Of a DNA stretch of 64,000 nt, positions 55,191 to 64,000 are shown piece after piece. The translations under genes were made by a program, and so were the position numbers. Position 1 is the first letter of the stretch. Every line of letters begins with the position of its first letter. This DNA is from Syntrophaceae bacterium (GTDB taxonomy: Bacteria; Desulfobacterota; Syntrophia; Syntrophales; Smithellaceae), in contig PLMQ01000053.1 of the NCBI GenBank assembly GCA_003142535.1, forward strand, positions 16,435 to 80,434, written 5' to 3'. Below the pieces are notes generated by a model. It searched no databases and was not told the DNA's origin. It saw only the letters and a program-made list of their open reading frames with translations.

Positions 55191-56009
55191 ATGAAAAAAA
55201 ATATTTACATCGGTGAAATCTTAAAAAACGAAGAAATTCAGAATGATTATTTTCTGATGAAAGTGGCTTTAAACAATAGTTTTGCAGAGCCGCAACCGGG
55301 TCAATTTGTAATGATCAGGATTGCCGGTTTGAGCGAACCATTTTTAGGCCGGCCGATCAGTGTATATTCATTTTCCCGCGGTAAATCTTTTTGTACAATG
55401 GAGCTGTTGTACCGTGTTGTGGGCAGAGGAACGAAAATAATGGCTGGTTTAATTAAAAATTCGCAGGTGGAAATTCATGGGCCATTAGGCACTCCTTTTG
55501 CAATATTTCCGGCAAAAGAAAAAATTGTTTTTATAGCAGGGGGAATTGGAGTAGCTCCGCTTTCATTACTGGCTCATCATTTGTGCAAAAACGTCTGCTA
55601 TGACAAATCGCAGATGACGTTTTATCTAGGCGCGCAAACTGCGGAGGCGATCATCGGTTTGGATAGATTAAAAAAACTTTGCTACGATATTCATATCTAT
55701 ACGGATGACGGAACTCTCGGCGGTAAATCGCTGGTGACACAGGCTTTTCAAAAGGACATTAAGAAATATCAGCCGGAAAACACGGTTATTTATGCTTGCG
55801 GCCCCAATGGTATGCTCAGTGTTCTGGCAAAGATGCTGAAAAGCAAAAAATATAACTGTCAGGTATCGCTGGAAGAGCGTATGGCCTGCGGAACAGGGGC
55901 CTGTATGGGCTGCGCTGTGGCAATAAGAGATAATAACGGCGCTCTTGCTTATAAAAGAGTGTGTTCGGATGGCCCGGTGTTTAATCTGCAAGAAGTTATT
56001 TGGGAGTAA
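55191..56009 (+). CDS. pyrK: Dihydroorotate dehydrogenase electron-transfer subunit
   Basis: FAD/NAD-binding fold (RPISV, GGIGVAPL) and the C-terminal 2Fe-2S motif CGTGACMGC. Confidence 0.9.
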   Translation: MKKNIYIGEILKNEEIQNDYFLMKVALNNSFAEPQPGQFVMIRIAGLSEPFLGRPISVYSFSRGKSFCTMELLYRVVGRGTKIMAGLIKNSQVEIHGPLGTPFAIFPAKEKIVFIAGGIGVAPLSLLAHHLCKNVCYDKSQMTFYLGAQTAEAIIGLDRLKKLCYDIHIYTDDGTLGGKSLVTQAFQKDIKKYQPENTVIYACGPNGMLSVLAKMLKSKKYNCQVSLEERMACGTGACMGCAVAIRDNNGALAYKRVCSDGPVFNLQEVIWE

Positions 56010-56018
56010 TCAGGATAA

Positions 56019-56945
56019 ATGAAAGCAAATGAATTTCCGCAAATGGCCGTGCAATTAGGCAAACTTAAATTGAAAAATCCGGTGATGACAGCATCAGGAA
56101 CATTCGGCTATGGTGAAGAATACGCCGAGTATGTTGATTTGAACCGGTTGGGTGCAATTGTCGTCAAAGGCCTGTCGCTCAAGCCGCGCTTGGGGAACCC
56201 GCCGCCGCGGATTATGGAAACAGCCAGCGGCATGCTCAATGCTGTCGGTCTGCAGAATATCGGTGTGGATGCGTTTATCGCCGAAAAGCTGCCATATTTA
56301 AGAAAATATGATGTTGCCGTTATTGCCAATATCTACGGAGAAACGTATGCTGAATATCAGAAAGTAGCCAGAAAACTGAATTCCGCGAAAGGCGTTCATG
56401 CACTGGAAGTTAATGTTTCCTGCCCCAATGTGAAAAAAGGCGGTTTGAGTTTTGGTTCTGATCCGAAAATTGCGGCAGAAGTGACGCGAAAAGTCAAAGA
56501 AGAAACCGATCTGCCCGTTATCGTGAAGCTTACTCCCAATGTTACAGATATTGCGCTTATTGCTGCGGCAGTGGAAAAAGCAGGCGCTGATGCCATATCA
56601 TTGATTAATACTTTGACCGGTATGTCGGTGGACATCAAAAAGAGAGCTCCGCATTTGAAAAATATCACCGGCGGGCTTTCCGGTCCGGCAATCAAGCCGA
56701 TCGCTCTGAGAATGGTGTGGCAGGTAGTCAAACGCGTATCCATTCCTGTTATCGGCATCGGCGGTATAATGAACGCTGAAGATGCGCTGGAATTTTTAAT
56801 ATTGGGCGCAAAAGCTGTGCAAATCGGTACAGCTAATTTTATTAATCCCCATGCTACACTGGATGTGATCGATGGGATAAAAAATTATCTATTCGATAAT
56901 CAGATAAAAGATATTAACGAGATCATCTGTACCTTTAAGTCGTAA
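56019..56945 (+). CDS. pyrD: Dihydroorotate dehydrogenase, class 1B catalytic subunit
   Basis: [22 protein letters not shown] (catalytic Cys) and GIGGI blocks. Paired with pyrK. Confidence 0.9.
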   Translation: MKANEFPQMAVQLGKLKLKNPVMTASGTFGYGEEYAEYVDLNRLGAIVVKGLSLKPRLGNPPPRIMETASGMLNAVGLQNIGVDAFIAEKLPYLRKYDVAVIANIYGETYAEYQKVARKLNSAKGVHALEVNVSCPNVKKGGLSFGSDPKIAAEVTRKVKEETDLPVIVKLTPNVTDIALIAAAVEKAGADAISLINTLTGMSVDIKKRAPHLKNITGGLSGPAIKPIALRMVWQVVKRVSIPVIGIGGIMNAEDALEFLILGAKAVQIGTANFINPHATLDVIDGIKNYLFDNQIKDINEIICTFKS

Positions 56946-56962
56946 ACTATTCTCCAGGAGAA

Positions 56963-57665
56963 ATGAAAAATTACGATAATTAGGATTAAAACTGAGGAAA
57001 TAATAGACGGAATTTATTTAATCGGTGGGCCTAATATTACGCAAGCTAATGATGCAGCAGTTTTTCTGATTGATTTTAACAATGAGTTGGTTTTAATTGA
57101 CTCCGGAGCCGGACGAAGTTCAGCGCAGATTGTCCGCAACATTGAAGAGCTGGGCTTGAATCCGCAAAACATTTCTCATCTCATATTAACGCATTGTCAT
57201 ATAGACCACATAGGTTCCGCGCCTTTCTTTCAGAAAAAATACAAAATAAAAATCGTCATTCATGAACTGGACTCAGAGCCGGTGGAAACAGGCGATTCCA
57301 GCAGAACTGCGGCAAGCTGGTATGATACAACTTTTCCAGCCACGGCCATTGACCGCAAACTAAAGGGAAGAGAAGAAATATTAAAATTCGGTGCAGAAAA
57401 ATTACATTGCGTGCATACGCCCGGACACACTCCCGGTTCAATTTCCGTTTATCTGGATCGTGATGGCAAACGAGTTCTCTTCGGGCAGGATATTCACGGG
57501 CCATTCCATAAATCATTTGGTTCGGATATCGAGGCCTGGAAAAAATCAATGCAGGCCCTATTGGCTCTCGATGCCGATATTCTCTGCGAAGGACACTTCG
57601 GCATATTCCAGCCGAAAGAAAAAGCCCGCAGTTATATCGAAAGATATTTGGATGAATACGAATAA
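56963..57665 (+). CDS. MBL-fold metallo-hydrolase; 5' end disrupted by a 1-nt frame problem
   Basis: HCHIDHIGS (HxHxDH) and HTPGHTPGS. The open frame (56967 onward, KITIIRIKTEEIIDGIYLIGG) is out of frame with the SD-preceded ATG 56963 by one A in an A5 run. Confidence 0.75.
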
Positions 57666-57686
57666 TACCAATTATCATCCGGATAA

Positions 57687-60600
57687 TTAAAGTGTTTCTT
57701 TAATCTCCTTAATCAATAAATCTAATTTCTTTTTTGATACGGGGTAGGGCGTTTTGAGTTCCTGGGCGAACAGAGATACTTTGTACTCTTCAATCATCCA
57801 AAATAATTCTTCAATTTTAATTTTCTTTTCCGCAGAAGTATCAGGCGCTATGTTTTTCTGAAATTCATCCAATTGTTTGCTGTAAAATGAAATATCCCGA
57901 ATTTTCCTCTCTGCAGAGGATAGATTCAAGTTGCCGCGCTCAGCACGCATGGTAAGGGCTTTTAGATAACGGGGCAATTCTTTCATCCGGTCAAATGAAT
58001 AAAGTTCCGGAAAATTGACTGGAACAAGATGCTGTAATTCAAGGGTGCTTTCATCTAAAAATTCCCGGACAGGATTGTCGCGGATATTCTTTTTTCTGAG
58101 CCTTTCTAAAATAATACATGTGTCCGCGACCGAATTTAAAACGGGATTTATAAAATCCAGGACTTGCTGGCCGTATGCCAATATTCGGGTATTAACGGTA
58201 GCGGCATGACTTAGAAAATCTTCCTGTCGGCGCCAGGGCTTTCTGAATAAATCATTTGTAATTCTTTTCATAATTGATTGTTCCAGCACTTTGGAATTGC
58301 CGATATTAGCGGAGAGTATTTTCCGTTCGTGGGTTATGGCAATGTTTTTTTTGAGCTGTTTAATCTTTTCTGCAAAATGAAGAAGGTAGAGTGCAGCAAT
58401 ACCATGAAGATGAACCGCTTCACTTTCTTTCCGATCAGGAAATAAGCGCAGATTTATCATGTCATCAACTGCCTGTAATGTCGGAAATACATAACCGGTT
58501 ACGCCCTGTTTACCTGTTAGAGGAATACTCTCCGGTAATTCGCCAAAGTCCCACCTTGTAATATTCTCTCTTTCCCAGCGGAGGCGGATTTCATCTGTAA
58601 CGGCTAGTTTTACTTTGCCGGAAATATCATTTTTCAAAATATTTATATCGCGACTGCTATTTATCTCCTGACCTTTATCGTCAATTGCATTGAAGCGGAT
58701 ATTTAAATGCTCCGGCAGTTTAGTCATGTCCCAGGCATCGGTTGGAATTGCCACCTGATATTTATCCTGAATGAATTGGCTTAACGCCTGAGGCAACGGT
58801 TTTTTCCATTGTTTGTTTTCTGCAATAAATATACTGGAGAAAGATGTTGCCTGCGGCAATTTGTGGCGAAGAGTTCTGGGCAGAGACTTCACTAAATAGG
58901 AAACTTTGTCCTGCATAAGCTTAGGCACAAAGCGTTCGATATTTTGTTCTGCGGCAGTAGAAACAAGCCCCAACGGTATTTTCATTGATACGCCATCATC
59001 ACTTTTTCCGGGATTGAATCGATAACCAAGGCTAAGTGTTGCATCGCCGATATTTATCTTATCGGGGTAAAGAGAAACTTCAGAAAGGTCAGGTTGACCG
59101 GCCTGAAAATCATTTTCGGAGAAACGCAGGAATTCATCGCTGCCTTTATCTTTAATGAGCTTCAGCAGTGATCTGATGTCGGAAATAATAGGCAGTCTTT
59201 CTTCATAGAGGCGGGCAATAGTTTCTTCATCAACGGCTAAACCGCGCCTGCGCAATTTATCTTCCATGGTTTTTATTTCTTCCCAAAGTGCTAAGTTATG
59301 TTCCAGAAAAGGTGGCCGGCGGCTGACTTCACCTCTAACCAGAGCTTCCCGGATAAAGATATCCTTTGCTTCCTGTGGATTGATTTTATCGTAAGTAACA
59401 TTTCTAGCCTCAACAATTGTCAGGCCAAAGAGAGTAACCTTTTCCCGGGCAACAACTTGTCCGCGGTTTTTCTCCCAGTGCGCCGCCGCATAAGTATATC
59501 GGCAATTATCCTTGCCTAATTCTTCGAGCCATTCGGACTTGATATTGGCGGCTGTGCGGGCAAAAAGGCGGGATGTCTGAGCAATTTCCGCGGCGACAAT
59601 CCAACTGCCTCCTCGGTTGAAAAGGCCGGAGCCTGGAAATAGCATCACTTCACGGCTTTTGGCTGCCAGATAGAAATTCTTTTCTTGCTTTTGCGCAATG
59701 TGGGAAAGATAGCCGCTTAAAATGCATTTATGAATCTTATCATAGATATTCTGATCAATTTCCATTTTAGTATGTTTTTTATGCTTAGTAATTTTTTTGT
59801 CGCCGGAAATAATACCCAGTATCTGATTACAGATATCCCGCCATTCAATCATTCGTTTGTAAGATAAAAAATGTTCATGGCAGAATTTGCGCATTTTGTT
59901 TTGGGTATGTAATTTTTCCAATGTATCGTGAAAATGATTCCAGATATTAAAATAAGTTATGAAATCCGATTCGAAATTTGCAAAGCGGGCATGGGCGGCG
60001 GCGGCCTGATCGGTTTTGTCGTAGGGGCGCTCCCGCGGGTCCTGAATACTTAAAGCTGCGGCGATAATAGCTACTTCTTTTGTGCATCCCGCCTTTTGTG
60101 CTTCTATTAATATGCGTGCTATACGCGGATCAAGCGGAAATTGAGACATGGAAAAGCCGATAGGCGTCAGTTTATAACTGACGGTTTCATCCGCCGTATT
60201 GCTTTTTTCGATTGCGCCCAGATCATATAGAATATCAATGCCATCACGGATGCTTTTCGGATGCGGAGAGTCAATAAATGGGAAAGTATTTACAGCACCA
60301 AGATTCAAAGAAATCATCCGCAAAATTACACCGGCGAGATTGGACCGCAGAATTTCCGGTGCCGTATAGAGCGGACGTTCTTGATAAGCATCCGCTGAGT
60401 ATAAACGAATGCAGACGCCATTTTGCACACGGCCGCAACGTCCTTTGCGCTGCTCGGCGCTGCTGCGGGAAATCGGTTTAATAGGCAGACCGGTTGTCTG
60501 GCTGCGGGGATTATATTCCAACTGCCTGGCCAATCCAGAGTCAATTACATATTTTATGCCGGGAATGGTCAGGGATGTTTCGGCAATATTAGTGGCGACA

Positions 60601-61640
60601 ATAATTTTTTGTTCAACGGCGTCTTCAAAAATAATTCGCTGCTGAGAGCCGGAAAGACGGGCATATAATGGCAGGATTAAGCCGGAGCATCTTTTGGCGA
60701 GACGTTTACAAACCTCCCGAATATCCTGTTCGGTCGGCATAAATATTAAAATATCTTCAAAGCGCCGCTCTTTTTGCAGCTTTTCCACACAGGCAATGGC
60801 TGTATCAACATAAGTCAATTCGCCGTTTTCTTCTTTAACCGGATCAATCGGTTCGTAACGGACTTCGACGGGATACATACGCCCGGAGACTTCAATAACC
60901 GGAGCATCGTAAAATGCCGTAGCGAATTTTGCAGTATCTATTGTTGCCGATGTAATAATCAATTTTAAATCTTTTCTTCTTTCGAGCAATGTCCGCAAAA
61001 AGCCCAGAATAAAATCGATATTAAGACTGCGTTCATGGGCTTCATCAACGATAATCGTATCATAGGAAAGCAGGAGTGGATCGCTGAGTGTCTCGGCTAG
61101 AAGAATGCCGTCGGTCATCACTTTAATAAGCGGTTCGGCAGATGTTTTTTCGGCAAACCTGATTTTGTAGGCAATGGACTTACCGCAGGACTCCCCGATT
61201 TCTGTGGCGATACGCTGGGCAATACTTGTTGCAGCGATGCGCCGGGGCTGAGTGAGCCCGATTATTCCACGCAAACCCAAACCGGCAGCAAGGCACATTT
61301 TGGGAATTTGTGTTGTTTTGCCGGAGCCGGTTTCACCGGTTATGATGACAACTTGTTCTTTTCTAATAGCGGCAATGATTTCTTCTTTCTTCTTGCTTAT
61401 GGGTAATTCTTTAGGGAAGTTCAAAGCCGGAATGCTGCCGGCGCGCCGGAAATACCTTTGTTGAGAATATTGCAGTTTCTTTTGCAGATGAAAAAGACGT
61501 TTTGAAATAAATGATGTATTATCTTTAACCGGGCGGTGCGAAATGGATTCTATTTCGCGGCTTATTTGATAATCATCAACTGCCATTGCCTTATTCAGAT
61601 TCTGTTTTAATATCTTAATCTTCTGATTAATGTCCGGCAA
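57687..61640 (-). CDS. hrpA: ATP-dependent RNA helicase HrpA (DEAH/RHA)
   Basis: GETGSGKTTQIPK, DEAHER, HA2/OB regions and a long HrpA C-terminal domain. The preferred start is TTG 61640, 6 nt after AAGGAG, which gives a length close to E. coli HrpA. ATG 61745 and the ORF-track start 61835 lie in Rep-A. Confidence 0.9.
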   Translation of the reverse strand: MPDINQKIKILKQNLNKAMAVDDYQISREIESISHRPVKDNTSFISKRLFHLQKKLQYSQQRYFRRAGSIPALNFPKELPISKKKEEIIAAIRKEQVVIITGETGSGKTTQIPKMCLAAGLGLRGIIGLTQPRRIAATSIAQRIATEIGESCGKSIAYKIRFAEKTSAEPLIKVMTDGILLAETLSDPLLLSYDTIIVDEAHERSLNIDFILGFLRTLLERRKDLKLIITSATIDTAKFATAFYDAPVIEVSGRMYPVEVRYEPIDPVKEENGELTYVDTAIACVEKLQKERRFEDILIFMPTEQDIREVCKRLAKRCSGLILPLYARLSGSQQRIIFEDAVEQKIIVATNIAETSLTIPGIKYVIDSGLARQLEYNPRSQTTGLPIKPISRSSAEQRKGRCGRVQNGVCIRLYSADAYQERPLYTAPEILRSNLAGVILRMISLNLGAVNTFPFIDSPHPKSIRDGIDILYDLGAIEKSNTADETVSYKLTPIGFSMSQFPLDPRIARILIEAQKAGCTKEVAIIAAALSIQDPRERPYDKTDQAAAAHARFANFESDFITYFNIWNHFHDTLEKLHTQNKMRKFCHEHFLSYKRMIEWRDICNQILGIISGDKKITKHKKHTKMEIDQNIYDKIHKCILSGYLSHIAQKQEKNFYLAAKSREVMLFPGSGLFNRGGSWIVAAEIAQTSRLFARTAANIKSEWLEELGKDNCRYTYAAAHWEKNRGQVVAREKVTLFGLTIVEARNVTYDKINPQEAKDIFIREALVRGEVSRRPPFLEHNLALWEEIKTMEDKLRRRGLAVDEETIARLYEERLPIISDIRSLLKLIKDKGSDEFLRFSENDFQAGQPDLSEVSLYPDKINIGDATLSLGYRFNPGKSDDGVSMKIPLGLVSTAAEQNIERFVPKLMQDKVSYLVKSLPRTLRHKLPQATSFSSIFIAENKQWKKPLPQALSQFIQDKYQVAIPTDAWDMTKLPEHLNIRFNAIDDKGQEINSSRDINILKNDISGKVKLAVTDEIRLRWERENITRWDFGELPESIPLTGKQGVTGYVFPTLQAVDDMINLRLFPDRKESEAVHLHGIAALYLLHFAEKIKQLKKNIAITHERKILSANIGNSKVLEQSIMKRITNDLFRKPWRRQEDFLSHAATVNTRILAYGQQVLDFINPVLNSVADTCIILERLRKKNIRDNPVREFLDESTLELQHLVPVNFPELYSFDRMKELPRYLKALTMRAERGNLNLSSAERKIRDISFYSKQLDEFQKNIAPDTSAEKKIKIEELFWMIEEYKVSLFAQELKTPYPVSKKKLDLLIKEIKETL

Positions 61641-61729
61641 AAGTTGCTCCTTCAGAGAAACACAAAATACTACGAAAAAATCATTGGGCGAACAAAAAGC
61701 ATGATTGCACAAATGTTGGCGAGCGATTA

Positions 61730-61855
61730 ATACCAATTTCTCCATCAAAGCGCTATCTTTGTTGGCAGCGTCGTCGGCTTCCTCAGCGTATGTAAAATAC
61801 GCCTCGTCGCCTCCTCCTTGCCGCCTCGATATCATCTTTGATCTAGAAATGGTAT
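61730..61855 (-). repeat. Rep-A element, copy 5
   Basis: The reverse complement reads ATACCATTTCTAGATCAAAGATGATATCGAGGCGGCAAGGAGGAGGCGACGAGGCGTAT TTTAC ATACGCTGAGGAAGCCGACGACGCTGCCAACAAAGATAGCGCTTTGATGGAGAAATTGGTAT. Confidence 0.85.
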
Positions 61856-61865
61856 AAGCGGCTAA

Positions 61866-63191
61866 TTACTGCTGAATGCTTTTTTTAATATTCAAGGCAA
61901 TTTCTCTTACTCTTTGCATTACTTCCGCTTCATCAATAGTCAGAAGCTGGCGGTTTTCCATTACTAACTTGCCGTTGATGAACACTGTATCAACATCAGC
62001 GCCATTGGCTGCATAAACGAGATGAGAATATTCATTATAAAGCGGTGTCAAATGCGGTTTGTTCAAGCCGATAATTATAATATCTGCTTTTTTACCGACT
62101 TCCAGCGAACCGGTAATTTTATTCATGCCGAGAGCTTTGGCGCCGTTAATTGTAGCCATGCGGACAACTGTTTTGGCATCCATTACTGTCGGATCAAGGC
62201 GGGCAACTTTGTGCAACTTGGCAGCGGTGGACATTTCTTTAATCATATCCAGATTATTGTTGCTGGCGCAGCCATCCGTGCCTAATCCAACCTTAACACC
62301 TGCTTTGAGCATATCGGGCACAGGGGCGATACCGCTGGCAAGTTTCATATTGCTGGCGGGATTGTGAGAAACATTAACGCCGTAATCGGCAAACAGGCGC
62401 ATATCTTCTGCGGAAAGACAGACGCAGTGGAAAGCAAGAAGTCTGTTATTAAGATACCCAATCTCTTTTAAAAAGATAACAGCTTCTTTACCAAATTTTT
62501 GCCGGAGTTGTTCCTTTTCTGATTTATTTTCCAATAAATGAATTCCTAAGGGTACTTGATAATCATCGGCGAGCTTCTTAGCGTCATTGAGCAGGGCAGG
62601 GGAGCAGGTATATAAAGCGTGAGGTTCCACAATAATGTTAATCAGAGGATCTTTTTGCCATTTTTCAATGAGCATGCGCGTGTAGGCAATGCCTGCCTGA
62701 GGTGTTTTGATATTAGGCGAAGGGAAATCAAAAAGGACTTCTCCGATGAGACAGCGCATTCCTGCCGATTTTGCGGCCCGGGCGGTTTCATCTTCAAAAA
62801 TATACATATCGCAAAATGTTGTAGTGCCGGATTTAATCATTTCAGCACAAGCAAGGAGCGATCCCCAGTAAGCCAAATCTTTATTTACGTTTTTAGCCTC
62901 GGCCGGAAAAATATAATTATTGAGCCAATCCATAAGCTCCAGATCATCGGCAATACCGCGAAAGCAAGTCATGGCGGCGTGTGTGTGGCAGTTAATGAAG
63001 CCGGGCATGACTAATGAATCAAGAGTGTCAATTACTTTTTTTGCGTGATATTTTTTGTTGATTTCTTCAATGCTGCCAATGGCAATTATTGCAGAACCGT
63101 TGATGGCCAGCGCTGAATTATTCAAGCAGGTGTTTTGAGGATCAAGAAGCAGTATTTTACCGCCGTTAATTATTATATCTATTTCTTGCAT
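61866..63191 (-). CDS. mtaD: Amidohydrolase, 5-methylthioadenosine/S-adenosylhomocysteine deaminase-like
   Basis: PGFINCHTHAAM metal-binding HxH and later HLLE / SHNP / GTDG blocks of the MtaD/guanine deaminase subgroup. Confidence 0.75.
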   Translation of the reverse strand: MQEIDIIINGGKILLLDPQNTCLNNSALAINGSAIIAIGSIEEINKKYHAKKVIDTLDSLVMPGFINCHTHAAMTCFRGIADDLELMDWLNNYIFPAEAKNVNKDLAYWGSLLACAEMIKSGTTTFCDMYIFEDETARAAKSAGMRCLIGEVLFDFPSPNIKTPQAGIAYTRMLIEKWQKDPLINIIVEPHALYTCSPALLNDAKKLADDYQVPLGIHLLENKSEKEQLRQKFGKEAVIFLKEIGYLNNRLLAFHCVCLSAEDMRLFADYGVNVSHNPASNMKLASGIAPVPDMLKAGVKVGLGTDGCASNNNLDMIKEMSTAAKLHKVARLDPTVMDAKTVVRMATINGAKALGMNKITGSLEVGKKADIIIIGLNKPHLTPLYNEYSHLVYAANGADVDTVFINGKLVMENRQLLTIDEAEVMQRVREIALNIKKSIQQ

Positions 63192-63331
63192 TGATTAATC
63201 CTTATCGATTTGTTGACTTTTTAACATATATACAGTGTAATCTTCAAGAAACAAAATAGACGTCAAGTGATTTTTTTATATTGTGAAAATAATTGAAAAA
63301 GGCAGGATCATGAAAATTATCTATCAAATCC

Positions 63332-63360
63332 TTGACAGGCCATATTAAAAATAATATAAG
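63332..63360 (+). promoter_or_regulatory. Sigma70-type promoter for tRNA-Leu
   Basis: TTGACA (63332-63337), 17-nt spacer, TATAAG (63355-63360), about 30 nt upstream of the tRNA. Confidence 0.5.
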
Positions 63361-63392
63361 CCGAAGCGTTTCTCGTATTTGTAAATTCTTAT

Positions 63393-63480
63393 GCCTGGGT
63401 GGCGGAATTGGTAGACGCAAGGGACTTAAAATCCCTCGGCGCTTGTCGCTGTGCGAGTTCAAGTCTCGCCCTAGGCACCA
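63393..63480 (+). tRNA. tRNA-Leu (anticodon UAA), type II with long variable arm, CCA encoded
   Basis: Acceptor GCCTGGG/CCTAGGC. Anticodon stem AGGGA/TCCCT with loop CTTAAAA. T-arm CGAGTTCAAGTCTCG. Near-collinear with E. coli leuZ as I remember it. Confidence 0.9.
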
Positions 63481-63491
63481 ATAAAATCAAG

Positions 63492-63527
63492 GAGTTTAGC
63501 CATTTTCTGCTAAGCTCTTTTTGTTTT
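63492..63527 (+). terminator. Rho-independent terminator after tRNA-Leu
   Basis: GAGTTTAGC (loop CATTTTCT) GCTAAGCTC followed by TTTTTGTTTT. Confidence 0.6.
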
Positions 63528-63594
63528 GGATATTAACCACTGTACCCATTTGTGCCTGAAGGTATGACCGCGCAAATAGATAGCACCCATGACA

Positions 63595-63849
63595 TTATTT
63601 CTCCTTTCCCTTTTTCTTTTTCCTCTTTGCCTGTATTTCAAGATACTTTAAAGCAAGATGCAGAAAAAGGGGGATTTCCCTTACTCCACGTTCCCAGCGG
63701 CTTACAGTCATTGTATGAACGGACAGAGCTTTTGCCAGTCCGCTTTGACTGTATCCGTTGGCTTCTCTCCATTTTTTCAATTCATCGCCTGTCATGGTTA
63801 GCATATAGACCAATGGCTTATATATGTCAAGGGTTTTTTTGAGGTTCAT
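63595..63849 (-). CDS. XRE-family helix-turn-helix protein with Lys-rich tail
   Basis: LKKWREANGYSQSGLAKALSVHTMTVSRWERG is a classic Cro/C1 HTH. The start may be an internal Met. Confidence 0.7.
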   Translation of the reverse strand: MNLKKTLDIYKPLVYMLTMTGDELKKWREANGYSQSGLAKALSVHTMTVSRWERGVREIPLFLHLALKYLEIQAKRKKKKGKEK

Positions 63850-64000
63850 CCGGTTGATAAGTACTTCACTGTACTACACAAATTGTCAAAATCTATGAAT
63901 ATACGGCATTTCAATCTGAAATCATTAATATTATTTTCTGGGAATTTATGATATTATTACTGCACTATGTGAGGTGATGTGGCCATATGGATACATAGTT

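Overview
This is 64 kb of chromosomal DNA from what looks like an anaerobic Gram-negative bacterium. The lineage guess (Desulfobacterota/deltaproteobacteria-like) rests on gene content only: NrdDG, class 1B PyrK/PyrD, an FTR-like/glutaredoxin pair, HD-GYP, a second EF-G, a short AddAB and a sigma54-type promoter. I can support about 58 protein genes and one tRNA-Leu(UAA). Left to right: a surface-polysaccharide locus (1-7.9 kb); a tungstate/molybdate-type ABC pair, ferritin, thioesterase and cfa; a leaderless trypsin-like protease; a tight operon of PHP phosphoesterase, GT4, methyltransferase, prenyltransferase-like protein, acetyltransferase and B12-radical-SAM enzyme (14-20 kb); nrdDG; HD-GYP; hemW-lepA-adk; cmk-rpsA-sppA-ihfB; fusA paralog; an orphan Rhs toxin tip with immunity gene; addB-addA-methyltransferase-DUF2845 operon; a mannose-type PTS lacking IID; rimI; pyrKD; hrpA; mtaD; tRNA-Leu. 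There is no CRISPR array, transposase, integrase or recognisable multi-gene defence system. The most unusual content is non-coding: at least three families of short, hairpin-forming modular repeats saturate many intergenic regions. Rep-A is a roughly 110-140 bp element bounded by terminal inverted repeats, with an AAGGAGGAGG tract and a central hairpin kept by compensatory changes (5 copies). Rep-B is a modular array running from CACGGGTAT to GGAGTTTCACGAA (at least 7 loci). It sits in frame inside a methyltransferase gene and supplies the last codons and stop of rimI. Rep-C is a GTCATTCC..GGAATCCAGAA hairpin (3 copies). Other leads are the function-unknown 14-20 kb operon, the stop-interrupted orphan Rhs cassette, a candidate small RNA upstream of fusA, two possible ATT starts and one homopolymer frameshift. 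All protein calls come from motif recognition by eye. No database search was run.
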